Positions 18,883 through 29,440 are shown, counted from the first letter of the whole stretch. The stretch: 62,860 nucleotides of DNA, filler included, from a bacterium (GCA_030615855.1; 5 parts of 5 records of this genome joined end to end with filler, not necessarily neighbours in it); one strand, 5' to 3'. Program-made: numbers and translations. The notes: generated by a model not told the origin, from the sequence alone.

Positions 18883-19214
18883 ATCCCTTCTCCCTCTTCC
18901 CGCTCTTTCAGCACGATAGTGATATGGCTTGTTCTCTTCCTTATCCTGGTCGCCCTTCCAAAGGCACGTGGCCTCCACCTGGGTAGGGTGGGACCCTGAT
19001 CACAGGTCGCCTGGGCCACATAGAGGTTCTCCTTTACCTTGGCATTGGCCAGGGCGGAGCGCAGGAGCTTCTCCAAGATAGGAGATACCCTTCCTGGAGT
19101 AAACTTTAGGATGCTTAGAGCCTCTTCTGTCTTCTTGCCTCTGATGAGGTCCAGAACCCTCCTCGCCTTGCGGGGAGCGATCCTGATAAATCGTGTCTTT
19201 GCCTTGGCTTCCAT
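18852..19214 (-). CDS. rplV: 50S ribosomal protein L22
   Basis: [18 protein letters not shown] and KRTSHITIV. Confidence 0.98.
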   Translation of the reverse strand: MEAKAKTRFIRIAPRKARRVLDLIRGKKTEEALSILKFTPGRVSPILEKLLRSALANAKVKENLYVAQATCDQGPTLPRWRPRAFGRATRIRKRTSHITIVLKEREEGEGISKIKNQKSK

Positions 19215-19221
19215 TCCTGCC

Positions 19222-19506
19222 TCACTTAATGGCGGTTATTCTCTCCGTGTGGGCCCCATGGGCCCGGAATATCCTGGTGGGTGAGAACTCACCCAGCTTC
19301 TGGCCCACCATCTCCTCTGTGATGTAGACTGGGATGAACCTCTTTCCATTATAGACCGCTAAGGTATGGCCTACCATCTGGGGGAATATGGTTGAGGAAC
19401 GAGACCAGGTCTTGATCACGGCCTTCTTTCCTGTCTTATTCATGGCCTCAATCTTTTTCAATAACTTAGGATCGATAAAAGGTCCTTTCTTTATTGACCT
19501 ACCCAT
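19222..19506 (-). CDS. rpsS: 30S ribosomal protein S19
   Basis: [17 protein letters not shown]. Confidence 0.98.
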   Translation of the reverse strand: MGRSIKKGPFIDPKLLKKIEAMNKTGKKAVIKTWSRSSTIFPQMVGHTLAVYNGKRFIPVYITEEMVGQKLGEFSPTRIFRAHGAHTERITAIK

Positions 19507-20327
19507 TACTTCCTCCTCTTGATGATTAATCTATCAGAGGGCTTCTTCTTCCTTGTCTTATATCCCTTAGTGGGCTTTCCCCAGGGAGTTACCGGATGTC
19601 TCCCTCCAGAGCTCTTCCCCTCCCCACCACCATGGGGATGGTCAACAGGGTTCATGGCCACTCCCCTTACCTTGGGACGATAGCCAAGATAACGGGACCT
19701 TCCGGCCTTCCCCAAAGAAATGCGCCCCCAGTCGACATTCCCCACCTGTCCGATGGTCGCCAGGCAGTCCAGAAGGACCTTTCTTATCTCCCCTGAAGAT
19801 AGCCTCAGGTGGGCATACCTCCCCTCCTTGGCCAAGACTTGGGCAAAGGTGCCTGCTCCCCGTGCCATCTGTCCGCCTCTGCCTTTGGTGAGCTCAATGT
19901 TATGGATGGTGGTCCCTAAGGGGATATGCTTGAGAGGCAAAGAGTTCCCAATCCTGATATCAACATCCTCACCAGATATTACCTCATCCCCCACCTTCAA
20001 GCCCTGAGGAGCAATGATATATCTCTTCTCCCCATCCCTATAAGATAGAAGGGCGATGTAGGAGGTGCGATTGGGATCGTACTCAATGGAGACCACCCTG
20101 GCTGGGATATGGAACTTATTTCTCTTAAAGTCAATGACCCGATATCTTCTCTTATGACCTCCTCCCCTCCAGCGGATGGTAATCCTTCCCTCCCTGCCTC
20201 TACCTGCCCTCTCCTTTAAGGGCCTGAGGAGGGGTTTGTGGGGTTTGACCCCGGTGAGCTCTACAAAGGTTGCCCCAGTTGTCGATCTTCTCGATGGGGT
20301 AGTCGGCCTATATTTTTTGATAGCCAT
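19506..20327 (-). CDS. rplB: 50S ribosomal protein L2
   Basis: [24 protein letters not shown]; start trimmed to MAIKKY. Confidence 0.98.
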   Translation of the reverse strand: MAIKKYRPTTPSRRSTTGATFVELTGVKPHKPLLRPLKERAGRGREGRITIRWRGGGHKRRYRVIDFKRNKFHIPARVVSIEYDPNRTSYIALLSYRDGEKRYIIAPQGLKVGDEVISGEDVDIRIGNSLPLKHIPLGTTIHNIELTKGRGGQMARGAGTFAQVLAKEGRYAHLRLSSGEIRKVLLDCLATIGQVGNVDWGRISLGKAGRSRYLGYRPKVRGVAMNPVDHPHGGGEGKSSGGRHPVTPWGKPTKGYKTRKKKPSDRLIIKRRK

Positions 20328-20354
20328 GAATTTGCTCCATTCCCAAAAATCGTA

Positions 20355-20478
20355 ATCAATCAGCAATTATCAATGCAAAATTAGCAATGAAAAAGTAAAA
20401 ATTCTTTTTTTATACTGTATTGTTTAATAGTCCAATCGCCTTAAATTTTGCATTTTTCATTTTGTATTTTAAATTGTT
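20355..20478. repeat. Inverted heptamer array
   Basis: (caatgca/aaattag) left arm, (ttttgca/ttttcat) right arm; related to 52583-52612. Confidence 0.65.
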
Positions 20479-20485
20479 ATTTATC

Positions 20486-20776
20486 TTAGGTTCCCTCAAA
20501 TAACTCTATCTTCTCTCCCTCCTTCAGGGTGAGGATGGCTTTCTTCACATCCGGGGTCTTGCCGCTATGTCTGCCTACCCTCTTTACTTTACCCCTCAGA
20601 TAGGAGGTATTGACCGCCAGGACCTTCACCTTGAATATCTCCTCAATCGCTCTCTTAATTTCATCCTTATTTGCCCGGCTATCGACAAGGAAGGCATACT
20701 TATTCTCTCTTTCCTTCAGTATGGTGCTCTTCTCTGTTATCAAGGGGGTCTTTATGATATCGTAGGGACTCTTCAT
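20486..20776 (-). CDS. rplW: 50S ribosomal protein L23
   Basis: [18 protein letters not shown] and KKAILTL. Confidence 0.97.
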   Translation of the reverse strand: MKSPYDIIKTPLITEKSTILKERENKYAFLVDSRANKDEIKRAIEEIFKVKVLAVNTSYLRGKVKRVGRHSGKTPDVKKAILTLKEGEKIELFEGT

Positions 20777-21399
20777 TATCCCAAGTTCTCTTCTAATCTC
20801 GTTAGGGCCTCTTTAGTGACGATCAATCTATCATGGCTTAATAAGTCGTAGACGTTCAGAGAATTGGGTGATAGCACCTTTACCCCCTCAATATTGCGTG
20901 CCGAGCGGCGAACCATCTCATTCTTCTCTTCAATAATCAGCAGGGGCTTTTTGCCACTTCTCAGCTTAACCAATATACTGGCCATCCTCTTCGTCTTGGC
21001 CTCCTTCAGATCCATTCTATCCAGGATCAGGATCTTCTTCTCCTTAAACTTAGCGGAGAGGGCACACCGGAGAGATTTCCTCCTCGCCTTCTTGGAAAGG
21101 GAGTAGGAGTAGTCCCTAGGGTGGGGGCCGAATGTCGTCCCCCCTCCCTTCCATATTGGAGAGCGGATGGAGCCTGCCCTGGCCCTCCCGGTTCCTTTCT
21201 GCCTCCAGGGCTTCCTCCCTCCACCGCGAACCTGGCCTCTCTCCTTGGTAGAGGCGGTTCCCCGCCTCCAGGAAGCGAGTCCTCGCCTTAGCGCCTCATA
21301 GAGCAAGGCCTCATTCACCTTCGCCCCGAATACCTTGCTACTCAGAGAGAGCTCTCCTATTCTCTCCCCCTCTATATTGTGAAGGTTTAACTTAGGCAT
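20776..21399 (-). CDS. rplD: 50S ribosomal protein L4
   Basis: [22 protein letters not shown]. Confidence 0.98.
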   Translation of the reverse strand: MPKLNLHNIEGERIGELSLSSKVFGAKVNEALLYEALRRGLASWRRGTASTKERGQVRGGGRKPWRQKGTGRARAGSIRSPIWKGGGTTFGPHPRDYSYSLSKKARRKSLRCALSAKFKEKKILILDRMDLKEAKTKRMASILVKLRSGKKPLLIIEEKNEMVRRSARNIEGVKVLSPNSLNVYDLLSHDRLIVTKEALTRLEENLG

Positions 21400-22006
21400 A
21401 TTTCTTCTTTAGGGCCTCCTTGATAATAAGATAGCCTTCCCTTGCTCCAGGAATCGCGCCCTTTACCAATAAGAGGTTCTTCTCTGATTCCACCTTCATC
21501 ACCTTCAGGTTCTGAACCGTGATCCTATCTCTCCCCATCCTTCCCGGCATCTTCTTTCCCTTCAGAACCCGAGAGGGGAAGGCGCTACCACTGCCGATGG
21601 AACCCACCCTCCTGTGGGATTTAGAACCATGGGAGGCTGGCCCGCCAGCAAACCCCCATCTCTTCATGACTCCCGCAAATCCCTTCCCCTTGCTCATTCC
21701 CGTGATATCGAGATAATCCCCTTCCTTGAAGATATCTGCCTTGATCTCCTGGCCGAGGGTATACTTCTCATCACTAGAAATAGGGATTTCCCTCAATATT
21801 CTAACCGGCTCTACTTTGGCCTTTGCCAGGTGTCCCTTAAGGGACTTCTTAACCTTCTTCGTTCTCCCGAATCCGAGCTGGATGGATCTCTCCTTAATCT
21901 GGGTAACGAAGCAGGGGCCGGCCTGGATGATGGTTACCGGGATGCTTTTCCCCTCCTCATCATAAATCTCTCCCATACCCAGCTTCTTTCCTAAGATACC
22001 CTTCAT
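21392..22006 (-). CDS. rplC: 50S ribosomal protein L3
   Basis: GKKLGM, SKGKGFAG and KMPGRMG; start trimmed to MKGILG. Confidence 0.98.
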   Translation of the reverse strand: MKGILGKKLGMGEIYDEEGKSIPVTIIQAGPCFVTQIKERSIQLGFGRTKKVKKSLKGHLAKAKVEPVRILREIPISSDEKYTLGQEIKADIFKEGDYLDITGMSKGKGFAGVMKRWGFAGGPASHGSKSHRRVGSIGSGSAFPSRVLKGKKMPGRMGRDRITVQNLKVMKVESEKNLLLVKGAIPGAREGYLIIKEALKKKYA

Positions 22007-22096
22007 TATTTCACTTACTTCCTTAATGTCAGCTATTCGTTTACCCATCCCGACATCCGTCGGGACTGTTAACCGTAAACCGTAAACCATTAAGGC

Positions 22097-22408
22097 TTAT
22101 AGCTTTATTTCCACATCTACCCCAGCAGGAAGATCGAGCCTCATCAGGGCATCTATTGTCTTGGGGGTTGGTTCCAAGATATCCAAGAGCCTCTTATGGA
22201 TCCTTATCTCAAACTGTTCCCTCGACTTCTTATCCACATGGGGCGAACGCAGGACGGTATACTTTGAGATCTTGGTTGGTAGGGGGATGGGGCCAGAGAC
22301 CTTGGCACCCGTCCGCTTCGCTGTCTGGAGTATCTCTTGAGCAGACTGATCTAAGAGCCGGTGGTCATAGGCCTTCAATCTAATTCTTATTCTTTCTCTT
22401 CTGGGCAT
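22097..22408 (-). CDS. rpsJ: 30S ribosomal protein S10
   Basis: [24 protein letters not shown]. Confidence 0.98.
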   Translation of the reverse strand: MPRRERIRIRLKAYDHRLLDQSAQEILQTAKRTGAKVSGPIPLPTKISKYTVLRSPHVDKKSREQFEIRIHKRLLDILEPTPKTIDALMRLDLPAGVDVEIKL

Positions 22409-22427
22409 CTTATACCTCGCTACGCTC

Positions 22428-22506
22428 GGTTAGTTTACCAGTTTGCCGGTTTTCCGGTTTGTTGGTTTGTCTTGACTAACTGGCCAACTGGCCAACTGAC
22501 TGACTG
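22428..22506. repeat. Inverted octamer array (ccagttt)/(aactggcc)
   Basis: 8-nt periodicity; related array at 47402-47477. Confidence 0.75.
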
Positions 22507-22507
22507 T

Positions 22508-22650
22508 TCACTGTATAATCTCTGTCACCACCCCAGCACCCACCGTCTTTCCTCCCTCTCTGATGGCAAAGTTCTGCTCGGGTTCTAAGGCGATGGGGAT
22601 GATGAGCTCTATCTCCAGATCCACATTGTCTCCAGGCATGACCATCTCCA
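22508..22650 (-). CDS. tuf: Elongation factor Tu, 3' fragment at contig end
   Basis: EMVMPGDNV...[20 protein letters not shown]. Confidence 0.95.
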
Positions 22651-22750
22651 NNNNNNNNNNNNNNNNNNNNNNNNNNNNNNNNNNNNNNNNNNNNTTAATT
22701 AATTAANNNNNNNNNNNNNNNNNNNNNNNNNNNNNNNNNNNNNNNNNNNN
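22651..22750. other. Artificial contig spacer (also 27547-27646, 52859-52958, 60378-60477)
   Basis: 44 N + TTAATTAATTAA + 44 N; genes are truncated on both sides. Confidence 0.98.
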
Positions 22751-23008
22751 CCGTTCTTCCTTTACTTTTCGGGTCTCTTCCTCATACTTTTTGAGTTCTT
22801 CTTTGGAATACTTTAGAGTAGCACCTTTTTTAGGGGGCTTCTTAGAACTCTCCCTCCTCTTATGGCGTAGCTCCTCTAACTTCTGAAGGAGCTTGAGGTA
22901 CTTCTTATCCAATTCTAAGAGCCGGTCGATATCCACCATCTCTTTCTTCGCCCGGCAGGCCTCTTTTACCTTCTCTGGATTCTCCCTGATAAACTTTATA
23001 TCCAACAT
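22751..23008 (-). CDS. serS: Seryl-tRNA synthetase, 5' fragment
   Basis: MLDIKFIRENPEKVK followed by the coiled-coil arm. Confidence 0.9.
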
Positions 23009-23095
23009 TTAGACCTCGCTCTGCTCGGTCAGTTTACAGTTTCAGCCGAAGGCTGATCCGCCTCTGGCGGACGCTGGTTACTGGTTACTTCTATT

Positions 23096-24553
23096 CTATC
23101 CCTTTACAACCACCCAGGGTCTTAACTTGGCTACTTTCTTCGAGAGCCCGGCTCCCTGGACCACATGGACCACTTCATTGACATCCTTATAGGCCTCAGA
23201 GACCTCCTCCTGCAGGGTATGCCTTCCCCTCCAGTGGACGATAATCCCTTTTTCTGCTAATTCCTGTTTGATATCCCTTCCCCTGGTAAGTCTAATAGCA
23301 GCATGCCTTGACATCACCCTTCCTGCGCCATGGCAGGTAGAGCCCCAGGACTCTTCTTCTGCTTTCTTAGTTCCTACTAAAATATAGGAGTTTCTTCCCA
23401 TATCGCCCGGAATGAGAACCGGCTGACCGATGGCCTTATATTCTTTAGGAATCTGAGGATGATTCGGCCCAAAGGCCCTGGTGGCTCCCTTCCTATGAAT
23501 GCATAACTTTGTTCTCTTCCCCTCTACTTCATATTCCTCAAACTTGGCGATATTATGGGCCACATCGTAGATTAAATCCATCCCTAAATCCTTAGGACTC
23601 CTTCCCAAGACCTTCTCAAAGAGCTCCCTCGTCCAGTGCATGATGCACTGCCTGTTCGCCCAGGCATAGTTTGCCGCACAGGCCATGGCTCCAAAGTAGT
23701 CTTTCCCTTCCTTAGAATTGACCGGGGCACAGGCCAGCTGCCTATCGGGAAGGCTCAGGCCATACTTCTCTATCGCCCTCCCCATATAAACTAGGTGGTC
23801 GGTGCAGACCTGATGGCCAAAACCACGAGAGCCACAGTGGATCATCACTGTGATAGAACCCTTCTCTATGCCAAAGATCCTGGCTGCCTCATCATCAAAG
23901 ATCTCCTCCACCACCTGAATCTCTAAAAAATGGTTCCCGCTTCCTAAGGTTCCTAACTGTTTTCTTCCCCTTTCTTTAGCATGATGAGAGACTTTATCCG
24001 GATCAGCGCCAGGCATGGCTCCCTCTTCTTCAGTATGTTCAATATCCTCTGAAACACCATAGCCCTTCTTCACCGCCCACTGGGTACCCTTGGTAAGAAC
24101 CTCCTGCCACTCGCTATCGCTTACTCTAATTCTTCCCGTAGAGCCTACCCCACAGGGAATCTCTCGAAAGAGAGCCCAGCCCAGGTCCTGGACCTTCTCC
24201 CTAATATCTTCTTCTTTTAAATTGGTACGTAAAACTCGCACGCCACAATTCACGTCGTAGCCTACACCCCCTGGAGATATTACACCTTTCTCCATATCAA
24301 AGGCGGCTACTCCGCCAATAGGGAAGCCGTAGCCCCAGTGGATATCGGGCATGGCTAAGGAACTGCCCACAATCCCGGGAAGAAAAGCAACATTGGCCAC
24401 CTGGTCTAATGCCTGATCCTGACGGATACTGGTTAAGAGTCTCTCATCACTATAGATAATCCCTGAAGTTCTCATCCCTGATTTATAAGACTTTGGGATG
24501 CGATAGCGATACTCATCGATCTTCTCTAACGGTCCAGTCCACTCCTTTTTCAT
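23096..24553 (-). CDS. rtcB: RtcB RNA ligase (archaeal/eukaryote-like long form)
   Basis: MPDIHWGYGFPIGG, GYDVNCGVR, GSGNHFLE, HNIAK, HRKGATRA and STCHGAGR motifs. Confidence 0.97.
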   Translation of the reverse strand: MKKEWTGPLEKIDEYRYRIPKSYKSGMRTSGIIYSDERLLTSIRQDQALDQVANVAFLPGIVGSSLAMPDIHWGYGFPIGGVAAFDMEKGVISPGGVGYDVNCGVRVLRTNLKEEDIREKVQDLGWALFREIPCGVGSTGRIRVSDSEWQEVLTKGTQWAVKKGYGVSEDIEHTEEEGAMPGADPDKVSHHAKERGRKQLGTLGSGNHFLEIQVVEEIFDDEAARIFGIEKGSITVMIHCGSRGFGHQVCTDHLVYMGRAIEKYGLSLPDRQLACAPVNSKEGKDYFGAMACAANYAWANRQCIMHWTRELFEKVLGRSPKDLGMDLIYDVAHNIAKFEEYEVEGKRTKLCIHRKGATRAFGPNHPQIPKEYKAIGQPVLIPGDMGRNSYILVGTKKAEEESWGSTCHGAGRVMSRHAAIRLTRGRDIKQELAEKGIIVHWRGRHTLQEEVSEAYKDVNEVVHVVQGAGLSKKVAKLRPWVVVKG

Positions 24554-24572
24554 CTCTGTAAGCCTCTTTATG

Positions 24573-24702
24573 CACAGATTACAGAATGCGCTTCGCTGGC
24601 ATTCTAGAGAGCATAAATATTAAGCATTGACACAGATTTGATACAGATGATCACAGATAAATCCGTGTCTATCTGTAGTTTTTTATCCGTGTCTATCCGC
24701 AT
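24573..24702. repeat. Inverted (cacagat)/(atccgtg) array with hairpin insert
   Basis: Same units as the outer arms of 7211-7516 and 48240-48312. Confidence 0.8.
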
Positions 24703-24704
24703 CA

Positions 24705-25121
24705 TCAGATGTCGAAAATTACTCTTATTCTCCAGTCTTCATTCTTCTCTATCGTCAATTGATGATAGGTTACGGCCTTGATCTGAGTATCTATGGTATG
24801 TCTCTTTAGATCTATCTTCTCCCCATAGACCTCTGCCTTCAATTCCTTATCGGTCAGAAGAGAGATACTAACCCTCTTCGGTAGGAGATCGTTTACCTCA
24901 TACTTATAGAGCAGTTCACTCAAGAAAGCAACCAGTACTTCCTTTTCATCCCTTCCCTTTGCTTTTAGAGAGTAGGATTCTTCTTCTTCTTCAACCTTCT
25001 CTGGATCGATCATGATAGAGAGCATTCCAGAGGCAGCGTTCTCAAATGCTTCCTTCAGGGTCGCGCCTTCTGCCTCTATTCCCACATCTGCAGTATGCTC
25101 TAATATTTTGTATTTTTCCAT
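24705..25121 (-). CDS. Archease
   Basis: Y..LEHTADVGI and IKAVTYH...IFDI motifs; start trimmed to MEKYKI. Confidence 0.95.
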   Translation of the reverse strand: MEKYKILEHTADVGIEAEGATLKEAFENAASGMLSIMIDPEKVEEEEESYSLKAKGRDEKEVLVAFLSELLYKYEVNDLLPKRVSISLLTDKELKAEVYGEKIDLKRHTIDTQIKAVTYHQLTIEKNEDWRIRVIFDI

Positions 25122-25238
25122 AATTGACTTCTTATCAATGTTTGTGATAATATCGTTGTGTCCGTTTAACCCGTCTTGTCTGTTTAACCGACTCAACTGA
25201 CCTAACTGCAATAATGATAATTGCTTTTGGAGTTAAAA

Positions 25239-26264
25239 ATGTTTAAAAAAGTTCTTCTGTTAATTGTTAGCCTATATTTTCTATTCGGCCTAAATGCCGC
25301 TGCTCAAGAAGAAATAACTCTTGTTGCCGTAGGGGATATCATGCTCGCTCACCGCCTGGAACCATTCATTGAAGAATATGGCCCCCTTTATCCTTATAAG
25401 TACACCGCCCATATATTCAAGGAGGCCGATATCTCCTTTGCTAACTTGGAATCTCCCCTATCCACAAAAGGAGAACCCGTTCCAGATAAGGAGTATACCT
25501 TCCGTGCTCATCCCAAGGTAGCAGAAGGATTAAAGGGTGCGGGATTCGATGTCCTATCCTTGGCCAATAATCACATCCTGGACTATGGGGAAGAAGCCCT
25601 CTTTGAGACCATAGAGGTCCTGGATAGCAAAATGATCTTTCACATCGGAGCAGGGAAGAATATCCTTGAAGCAAGAGAACCAGTTATCTTAAAAGTAAAG
25701 GATAAGAGATTCGGATTTCTTGCTTACTCCAATACCTTCCCTCAAAGATTCTGGGCAGAAGAGGAAAAAGCAGGAACTGCCTACGGTAAATTCTCAAGAG
25801 TAAGAGAGGATGTCAAAGAGCTAAAGGAAAAGGTAGATTTTTTAATCGTCTCCTTCCACTGGGGAAGTGAAGAGGAAATCTCTCCTCAAGAGTATCAGAG
25901 AAACTTAGCCCGTCTTGCCATTGAACAGGGAGCGGATATTATCTTAGGCCATCATCCTCATATCCTAAGTGGTATCGAGACCTATGAGAAGGGGGTGATT
26001 ATTTATTCTTTGGGAAACTTTGCCTTCGGCTCCTATAGCGAGAAAGCAAAGGAATCGGCAATCTTTAGGTTTTCTTTTTCAAAAGATAAGTTGCAAAGGT
26101 TAGAGATAATCCCTATCTCAGTCTATAACAAAGAAGTTAAATTCCAGCCCCGAATCCTTAAGGATAAAGAAGCAGAAAGGGTCCTGGAAAGAATTCAGGA
26201 ATTATCAAAAGAATTTAATACTAGGATTAAGTTGAGGAACTCTATCGGAATAATTACTTTTTAA
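25239..26264 (+). CDS. CapA/PgsA family metallophosphoesterase, exported
   Basis: AVGDIML, ANLESP, LANNHILDYG, HWGSE, GHHPH and YSLGNF; signal peptide. Confidence 0.92.
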   Translation: MFKKVLLLIVSLYFLFGLNAAAQEEITLVAVGDIMLAHRLEPFIEEYGPLYPYKYTAHIFKEADISFANLESPLSTKGEPVPDKEYTFRAHPKVAEGLKGAGFDVLSLANNHILDYGEEALFETIEVLDSKMIFHIGAGKNILEAREPVILKVKDKRFGFLAYSNTFPQRFWAEEEKAGTAYGKFSRVREDVKELKEKVDFLIVSFHWGSEEEISPQEYQRNLARLAIEQGADIILGHHPHILSGIETYEKGVIIYSLGNFAFGSYSEKAKESAIFRFSFSKDKLQRLEIIPISVYNKEVKFQPRILKDKEAERVLERIQELSKEFNTRIKLRNSIGIITF

Positions 26265-27546
26265 TTTTGACTTTTGCCGCCCTTTGGGCGAGCCTCGCCC
26301 CTTTGGGGCGGGATTTTTGATTTTTGATTTTCTTTTTAGGGGGTCTCCCCCTTTTTCTTTTTCCGCCTTCTTTAATCTTTTCTCTGCGCTCTCTGCGAAT
26401 CTTTTGCGTCTTTGCGCCTGCCTGCCGAAGCCTTGGCGTAGGCAGGGTTGCAATTTTCCCACTTTTCGAAGCGGAGCCCCGCTTTCTGCGGGATAAACTC
26501 CGACCCCGACCCTGACTCTTCTCGGAACGAAGTGGAGATCCCGACTCTTCTCTTCTTGCTTGTCGGGGCCGCTTGTCGGGGCTACTTTCTCTCTTTACTT
26601 CTGCTTCCTTCTCTTCCTGGTTGCTCATAACCCGGGCAGTGGCCACTACCTTATCTTCGGGCTTGAGCCTGATGAGACGAACCCCTTGAGTATTTCTTCC
26701 CATGGACCGGATATCCTTAATTGGAGATTGGATAATCATCCCTTTTGCAGTAATAATCATCAACCCATCAGAGGTATCGACCATCTTGATCCCCACCACC
26801 GGGCCATTCCTCTTGGTGGTCTGAATATTTATTACTCCTTTACCGCCCCGCGACTGGACCCGATAATTGGTATACTTGGTCCTTTTCCCATATCCGTTCT
26901 CGGTAATCGCTAATAACGTAGCCTCCTCCCTCATGACCTCCATGCCAATTAGCCGATCATCCTTAGCCAGCCTAATCCCTCTCACTCCTCTTGCACCCCT
27001 TCCCATGCCTCGCACCTGGGTTTCTTTAAACCTTATGGCTAGTCCCCCTCTGGTTCCCAAGACAACATCCTGAGAGCCATCGGTCATCTTCACCTTTATC
27101 AACTCATCCCCCTTATCTAGACGGAGAGCAATGATCCCTCCTGCCCGAGGGCGGGAGTAGGCAGCCAGATTGGTCTTCTTAATTACTCCCTTCTTGGTAG
27201 CCATAATGAGAAAATGTTTATCATCAAACTCCTTCACTGGTATAAAGGTGGTGATGAACTCGTCCTTATCCAGCCTCAAGAGGTTGACGATAGCCTTCCC
27301 CTTGGCGACCCTTCCTGCCTGGGGAATCTTATAGACCTTGAGCCAGTGAATCCTCCCCTTATTGGTGAAGCACAGAATATACTGGTGGGTAGAAGCAATC
27401 AAGAGATGCTCTATGAAATCCTCCTCCTTGGTCCCCATTCCCGTGACCCCTCTTCCACCTCTCCTTTGCACGCGATAGATGGAGACCGGGATTCTCTTTA
27501 TGTAACCAGTATGGGAAACGGTAATGGCCACATCCTCCTCAGCGAT
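26254..27546 (-). CDS. gyrA: DNA gyrase subunit A, C-terminal beta-pinwheel (5' truncated) with long basic tail
   Basis: GyrA box QRRGGRG and repeated pinwheel blades. Confidence 0.93.
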   Translation of the reverse strand: MAEEDVAITVSHTGYIKRIPVSIYRVQRRGGRGVTGMGTKEEDFIEHLLIASTHQYILCFTNKGRIHWLKVYKIPQAGRVAKGKAIVNLLRLDKDEFITTFIPVKEFDDKHFLIMATKKGVIKKTNLAAYSRPRAGGIIALRLDKGDELIKVKMTDGSQDVVLGTRGGLAIRFKETQVRGMGRGARGVRGIRLAKDDRLIGMEVMREEATLLAITENGYGKRTKYTNYRVQSRGGKGVINIQTTKRNGPVVGIKMVDTSDGLMIITAKGMIIQSPIKDIRSMGRNTQGVRLIRLKPEDKVVATARVMSNQEEKEAEVKRESSPDKRPRQARREESGSPLRSEKSQGRGRSLSRRKRGSASKSGKIATLPTPRLRQAGAKTQKIRRERREKIKEGGKRKRGRPPKKKIKNQKSRPKGARLAQRAAKVKIKK

Positions 27547-27646
27547 NNNNNNNNNNNNNNNNNNNNNNNNNNNNNNNNNNNNNNNNNNNNTTAATTAATT
27601 AANNNNNNNNNNNNNNNNNNNNNNNNNNNNNNNNNNNNNNNNNNNN

Positions 27647-28723
27647 GCTTGATAGTATCACCAGACCAACCGAGAGACCAACGATGGTCAAGACCTTCTT
27701 GATGGTCACCCAGGGTATGGTCTTTCTGAAGAGACTGACCTCCCTCTTTCCCCGAAACATGGCAAGTAAACTGGTTAAGAAGACGCAGAAGGTGCTGGTC
27801 TTTACCCCTCCTCCTGTGGAACCGGGCGAAGCACCAATAAACATCAAGATCATTAATAGGAAGAGGCTTGCCCCTCTCATCTGGCTAACAGGTAAGGTAT
27901 TGAAGCCTGCTGTCCGGGGAGTAATGGCCTGGAAGGCAGCCCCCAGTATCTTTCCTCCTACAGGGAGAGTACTTAGAGTATTATTCCCCTCCAGGAGGAA
28001 GATGAGAGGAATAGCTATGACAATGAGAAAGAAGGTGGTGGATAAGACTACCTTAGTATGAAGGCTCAAGGCTCCCTTTCCTTTGGGGCGATATCTCTTC
28101 AGATTGGATAGAATAGTAAACCCCAATCCACCGAGAATGATCAAGGAAAGCATTATGATATTTATTGCGGGATCGCTTCTATAACCCACCAGGCTATCTC
28201 TAAAGAGGGAGAACCCAGCGTTGCAGAAGCCAGAGATGGCATGAAATATAGCGCAGTATCCAGGATAACTAATACCTGTCCCTCTCCACCTCAGATAGAA
28301 GAATATGGCTCCCAATCCCTCGATGCTCAGGGTCAGGATAATGACATACTTTAAGAGAACCCTTATTCCCCCTAATGTGGAGTGCTTCAATGCCTCCTGA
28401 ACGACCATCCTCTCCCGCAGAGAAATCCTCTTCCCGATCATGAGGCCAAATAATGTGGCCATGGTCATGATCCCCAATCCGCCAAGCTGAATGAGCACCA
28501 GGATGACCAGTTGGCCAAATAGAGAGAAGTAAGTTCCCGTATCGACCACTTTCAGACCCGTGACACAGGTGGCACTGGTTGCAGTAAATAGGGCATCGAC
28601 AAAGGGAAGCCTCTGGCCATTGGCCGTGCTTAGAGGTAGGGAGAGGAGAATGGTCCCTATGGTAATAGCGAATAGAAAGCCCAGGGCAAGGATCTGGGCA
28701 GGATTCAGTCTGGCCTTCGCCAT
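27647..28723 (-). CDS. TrkH/KtrB potassium uptake membrane subunit (3' truncated)
   Basis: FTATSATCVTGL, SGFCNAGF, PRTAGF and GASPGSTGGG motifs. Confidence 0.93.
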
Positions 28724-28810
28724 TCACTCTCCTTTGTCCCGCTATAGCGGGATCCCGCTGCTTCTGCTACTCTGTGTAGCATCTTGCGGGGCAACCGCCA
28801 AACGAAGTAG

Positions 28811-28966
28811 CTAGATTAGGAAACTAGACGGATTAGTTGGATTACATTCTATCAAATCCAACTATTTTAAGGCATCGGAACTTCAATAAGTAAAACAAGG
28901 TTCTGACGAAGTCAGGTTCTTATTTTACTATTCCACCTAATATACTAAATTAGTCCAACCAATCTG
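28811..28966. repeat. Inverted 9-mer array with a nested 64-bp dispersed repeat
   Basis: (ggattagtt)/(tccaacta) arms; 28863-28926 is the reverse complement of about 39130-39193. Confidence 0.75.
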
Positions 28967-28971
28967 GCGCC

Positions 28972-29334
28972 TTAGCGTTCAAGGGTATTCTTCTTAGCAA
29001 TATCTACCAGTTGGGTGAAGGTCTCTGGGTCATTTATGGCTAAATCGGATAGGATCTTACGGTCGATGGCAATCTCTGCCTTTTTTAGTCCATTAATAAA
29101 TCTATTATAACTTATTTCCTGGCTGCGGCAGGCAGCATTTATTCTTGAGATCCACAAGCGTCTGAAGTCCCTCTTTCTTCTCTTTCGATCTCGATAAGCA
29201 TAGACCAGAGATCTGGTCACCGCCTCTTTTGCCGTTCTATAGAGTCTACTCTTTGCTCCGTAATACCCCTTTGCAGCCTTTAATATTCTCTTCTTCTTTC
29301 TCTTTCTTGCCGGGGCATACTTTGTTCTTACCAT
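28972..29334 (-). CDS. rplT: 50S ribosomal protein L20
   Basis: [21 protein letters not shown]; start trimmed to MVRTKY. Confidence 0.97.
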   Translation of the reverse strand: MVRTKYAPARKRKKKRILKAAKGYYGAKSRLYRTAKEAVTRSLVYAYRDRKRRKRDFRRLWISRINAACRSQEISYNRFINGLKKAEIAIDRKILSDLAINDPETFTQLVDIAKKNTLER

Positions 29335-29354
29335 CTTCTTCCTCGCTTCGCTCA

Positions 29355-29421
29355 CAGTGATCGGTGATCAGTGATCGGTTAAATCTCTTTTACTGTTCAC
29401 AGTTCACAGTTCACGGTTCAC
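29355..29421. repeat. Inverted heptamer array (gtgatcr)/(gttcaca)
   Basis: cagtgatcggtgatcagtgatcgg...ctgttcacagttcacagttcacgg. Confidence 0.8.
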
Positions 29422-29440
29422 ACTTAAGTGCTTATAGCCC

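Noticed and set aside
22651-22750. Recurring TTAATTAATTAA palindrome within N runs
   Set aside because: Artificial all-frame stop linker; adjacency across these gaps is not biological.
28725-28810. c-di-AMP riboswitch upstream of trkH/ktrB
   Set aside because: Hairpins are present but no ydaO consensus is recognisable; it looks like another palindromic repeat.
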